DNA of 64,000 nucleotides. It comes from an uncultured Planctomycetia bacterium (GTDB lineage Bacteria; Omnitrophota; Gorgyraeia; Duberdicusellales; 4484-171). A program made the translations under genes and the position numbers. Within the stretch, counting starts at the first letter, position 1. Every line of letters begins with the position of its first letter. Of the stretch, positions 62,647 to 64,000 are shown piece by piece. The notes beneath the pieces are model-generated. The model did no database searches. It saw nothing but the letters and a program-made list of their open reading frames with translations, and was not told the DNA's origin. Where the stretch lies: NCBI GenBank assembly GCA_964605645.1, contig CAZSDJ010000001.1:20079-84078 (forward strand), given 5' to 3'.

Positions 62647-64000
62647 ATGTTGTTAACAATTATTTTAATTTATTGGCTTAGCCTGTCTGCCTTTTACTTT
62701 CAGACAGGCCAAGTTAATTATTTGCAAGCATTCTTTCCTTTTGACTTCCAGGAATTGATACTTCGTTTTATTGGGATATTCTTTATTCTTGCTGGAAATT
62801 TTTATTTATTATTTAGAAAAAGACGAAATTATAATAGCAAAGAAACTGCCAAAGAAAAAATCAACCAAAAAGAACAAAATTTTCGTAATACAAATTTAGA
62901 AGATAGCAGCATCGCCGAAATTCAAGAAGAAGGCCTCAGAGAAGATATTAGCGTCAAAGATCGATACTTGATCCATAGAGCCATCAACGCTATAACTAAA
63001 TTAGCTTTTAATAATATTTCTGGAGAAACCTTTATAAAGCTAGTCCTTAATTTTATTGTTTCTGAAAAATATTTTATAGATTGTCAAGCAGCAATAGCAT
63101 TTCTTATCGGAGATCAAGCCGACACCTTAAAACTTACAGCTTCGCATAATATATCATCTTTACATGTAGAAGATTGCCGTAATGTAAATTTTAAAAAATG
63201 TATTTGTGGCAAAGCTGCCGAAGACAGAACTATCCAATTTTCAGATCATAATAAAGGCTGTCCGATATCTTCCGATAAGGATTCTAATCAAGCGCATAGC
63301 CATTATTGTATCCCTTTATTGTATCAAGGTGATTTAGTAGGAGTGCTTGATCTTTTTGTATTTTCGGCAACAAAAAGAACAAAAAACTCAGATGAGTATC
63401 TGATGTCTTTAGCTAACAATGTTGCGGTTGGGATTAAACATAAAAGAGACATAGAGCAAGTTGTAGATATAAACAAATGCCTTTCGGGATTAAGCGGTGA
63501 CCCCGAAGAAAATATTAAAAGGTTAGTAAAATTATACGGAGAAATATCAGCCGCCTCTTCTGTATTTTACAAAAAAAACGACAAAAAAAATAATATTTTA
63601 AAATCTTTTTTTCAATATAATCCGCCTCAATATTATGATGATCAAGAAGGAGAAGATTCGATTGGCCGTGATATCTTAAAAAGTGAACAATCTTTTGTGA
63701 TTATACCGAATTTAACTGATTCAAAATATGTAAAGAAGAATTTAAATATTATCCGTAATGATTTTTTAACATGCATTGGATCAACAATAAAATCTAAAAA
63801 CGAACCGGTAGGAGTTATTTTTGCTTTTTATAAACGACATTACACTCCAAGTAGGAGAGATCAAAACAATCTAAAGGTGATTGCTTCGGCGATATGCACC
63901 GAAGAAGAACGTATTTATAGCAATCATATCTTAAGGGAAGCTTATTCCAAATTAAAAAAAGCCCAGGGAAGCTTAGTTCAATCGGAAAAGCTGGCAGCTT
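62647..64000 (+). CDS. GAF-domain sensor histidine kinase (3' partial, runs off window)
   Basis: An N-terminal TM pair is followed by two GAF-like segments (CxxxxxxLxxPL..GxLxGVLDLF-type). The window ends in the H-box-like LVQSEKLAA, which is the start of an HisKA dimerisation helix. Confidence 0.6.
   Translation, partial: MLLTIILIYWLSLSAFYFQTGQVNYLQAFFPFDFQELILRFIGIFFILAGNFYLLFRKRRNYNSKETAKEKINQKEQNFRNTNLEDSSIAEIQEEGLREDISVKDRYLIHRAINAITKLAFNNISGETFIKLVLNFIVSEKYFIDCQAAIAFLIGDQADTLKLTASHNISSLHVEDCRNVNFKKCICGKAAEDRTIQFSDHNKGCPISSDKDSNQAHSHYCIPLLYQGDLVGVLDLFVFSATKRTKNSDEYLMSLANNVAVGIKHKRDIEQVVDINKCLSGLSGDPEENIKRLVKLYGEISAASSVFYKKNDKKNNILKSFFQYNPPQYYDDQEGEDSIGRDILKSEQSFVIIPNLTDSKYVKKNLNIIRNDFLTCIGSTIKSKNEPVGVIFAFYKRHYTPSRRDQNNLKVIASAICTEEERIYSNHILREAYSKLKKAQGSLVQSEKLAA

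Noticed and set aside
62681-62710. 9-bp perfect inverted repeat GCCTGTCTG...CAGACAGGC near the sensor-kinase start
   Set aside because: It lies inside the coding sequence of the N-terminal TM segment. It is probably incidental, and I noted no regulatory context.

Overview
This is a low-GC (roughly one-third GC) bacterial chromosomal segment using the standard genetic code: RF2 (prfB) is present and all long ORFs are UGA-free. It is densely packed with housekeeping genes, mostly on the + strand. In order these are a BNR-repeat protein, a ManC-like transferase, a J-domain protein, a radical SAM protein, yggS, an MPG-family DNA glycosylase, tilS, ftsH, folP, cdaA, pdxJ, acpS, nnrD, a tRNA-Thr/Tyr/Gly cluster, gpsA, tRNA-Pro, a PilZ protein, hom, thrC, argS, recJ, rpmB(-), an SF2 helicase(-), tRNA-Leu(-), tRNA-Ala, nfo, leuS, comEA, comEC, an accessory island, a bamD-like/lptE-like/holA-like block, rpsT(-), murJ, uvrC, pilT, prfB, secA, lnt, an lpxL-family gene, a large outer-membrane beta-barrel protein, a coiled-coil protein, a lacI-family regulator, an intein-containing class II nrdJ, holB, ricT, metG, tatD, an mtnA/e2b2-like gene, tsaE, tsaB, alr, lptG/lptF(-), comFC(-) and a GAF sensor kinase running off the window. 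No rRNA is present. I folded six tRNAs by hand and found one tRNA-Ala 5' fragment. Lnt, the LpxL-family acyltransferase, BamD-like and LptE-like lipoproteins, LptF/LptG and a C-terminal-Phe beta-barrel protein indicate a diderm, LPS-type envelope, although local gene order looks Firmicutes-like (cdaA-cdaR, holB-ricT-metG-tatD). The phylum cannot be assigned from sequence alone. The stand-out region is 28.08-30.85 kb. This island sits inside an otherwise conserved leuS...lptE-holA neighbourhood and carries an orphan ORF plus three type II toxin-antitoxin modules (vapBC, brnTA, yefM-yoeB). Each unit is delimited by an 85-89 bp imperfect-palindromic repeat with inverse-complementary GATAACA...TGTTATC ends, which resembles integron attC sites. 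The whole island is bracketed by a second ~142 bp palindromic repeat family. One copy of that family overlaps the comEC stop codon, and the far-side copy carries an 86 bp tandem duplication. No integron integrase is visible, so this looks like a CALIN-type cassette array. Other notable items are a 407-aa LAGLIDADG intein in nrdJ at the NPC|GEQ active site that ends in Asp rather than Asn, a 51-aa truncated CdaR-like ORF after cdaA, a duplicated acpS 3' end that now supplies the nnrD start codon, and a duplicated tRNA-Ala 5' end beside a palindromic -35 element.
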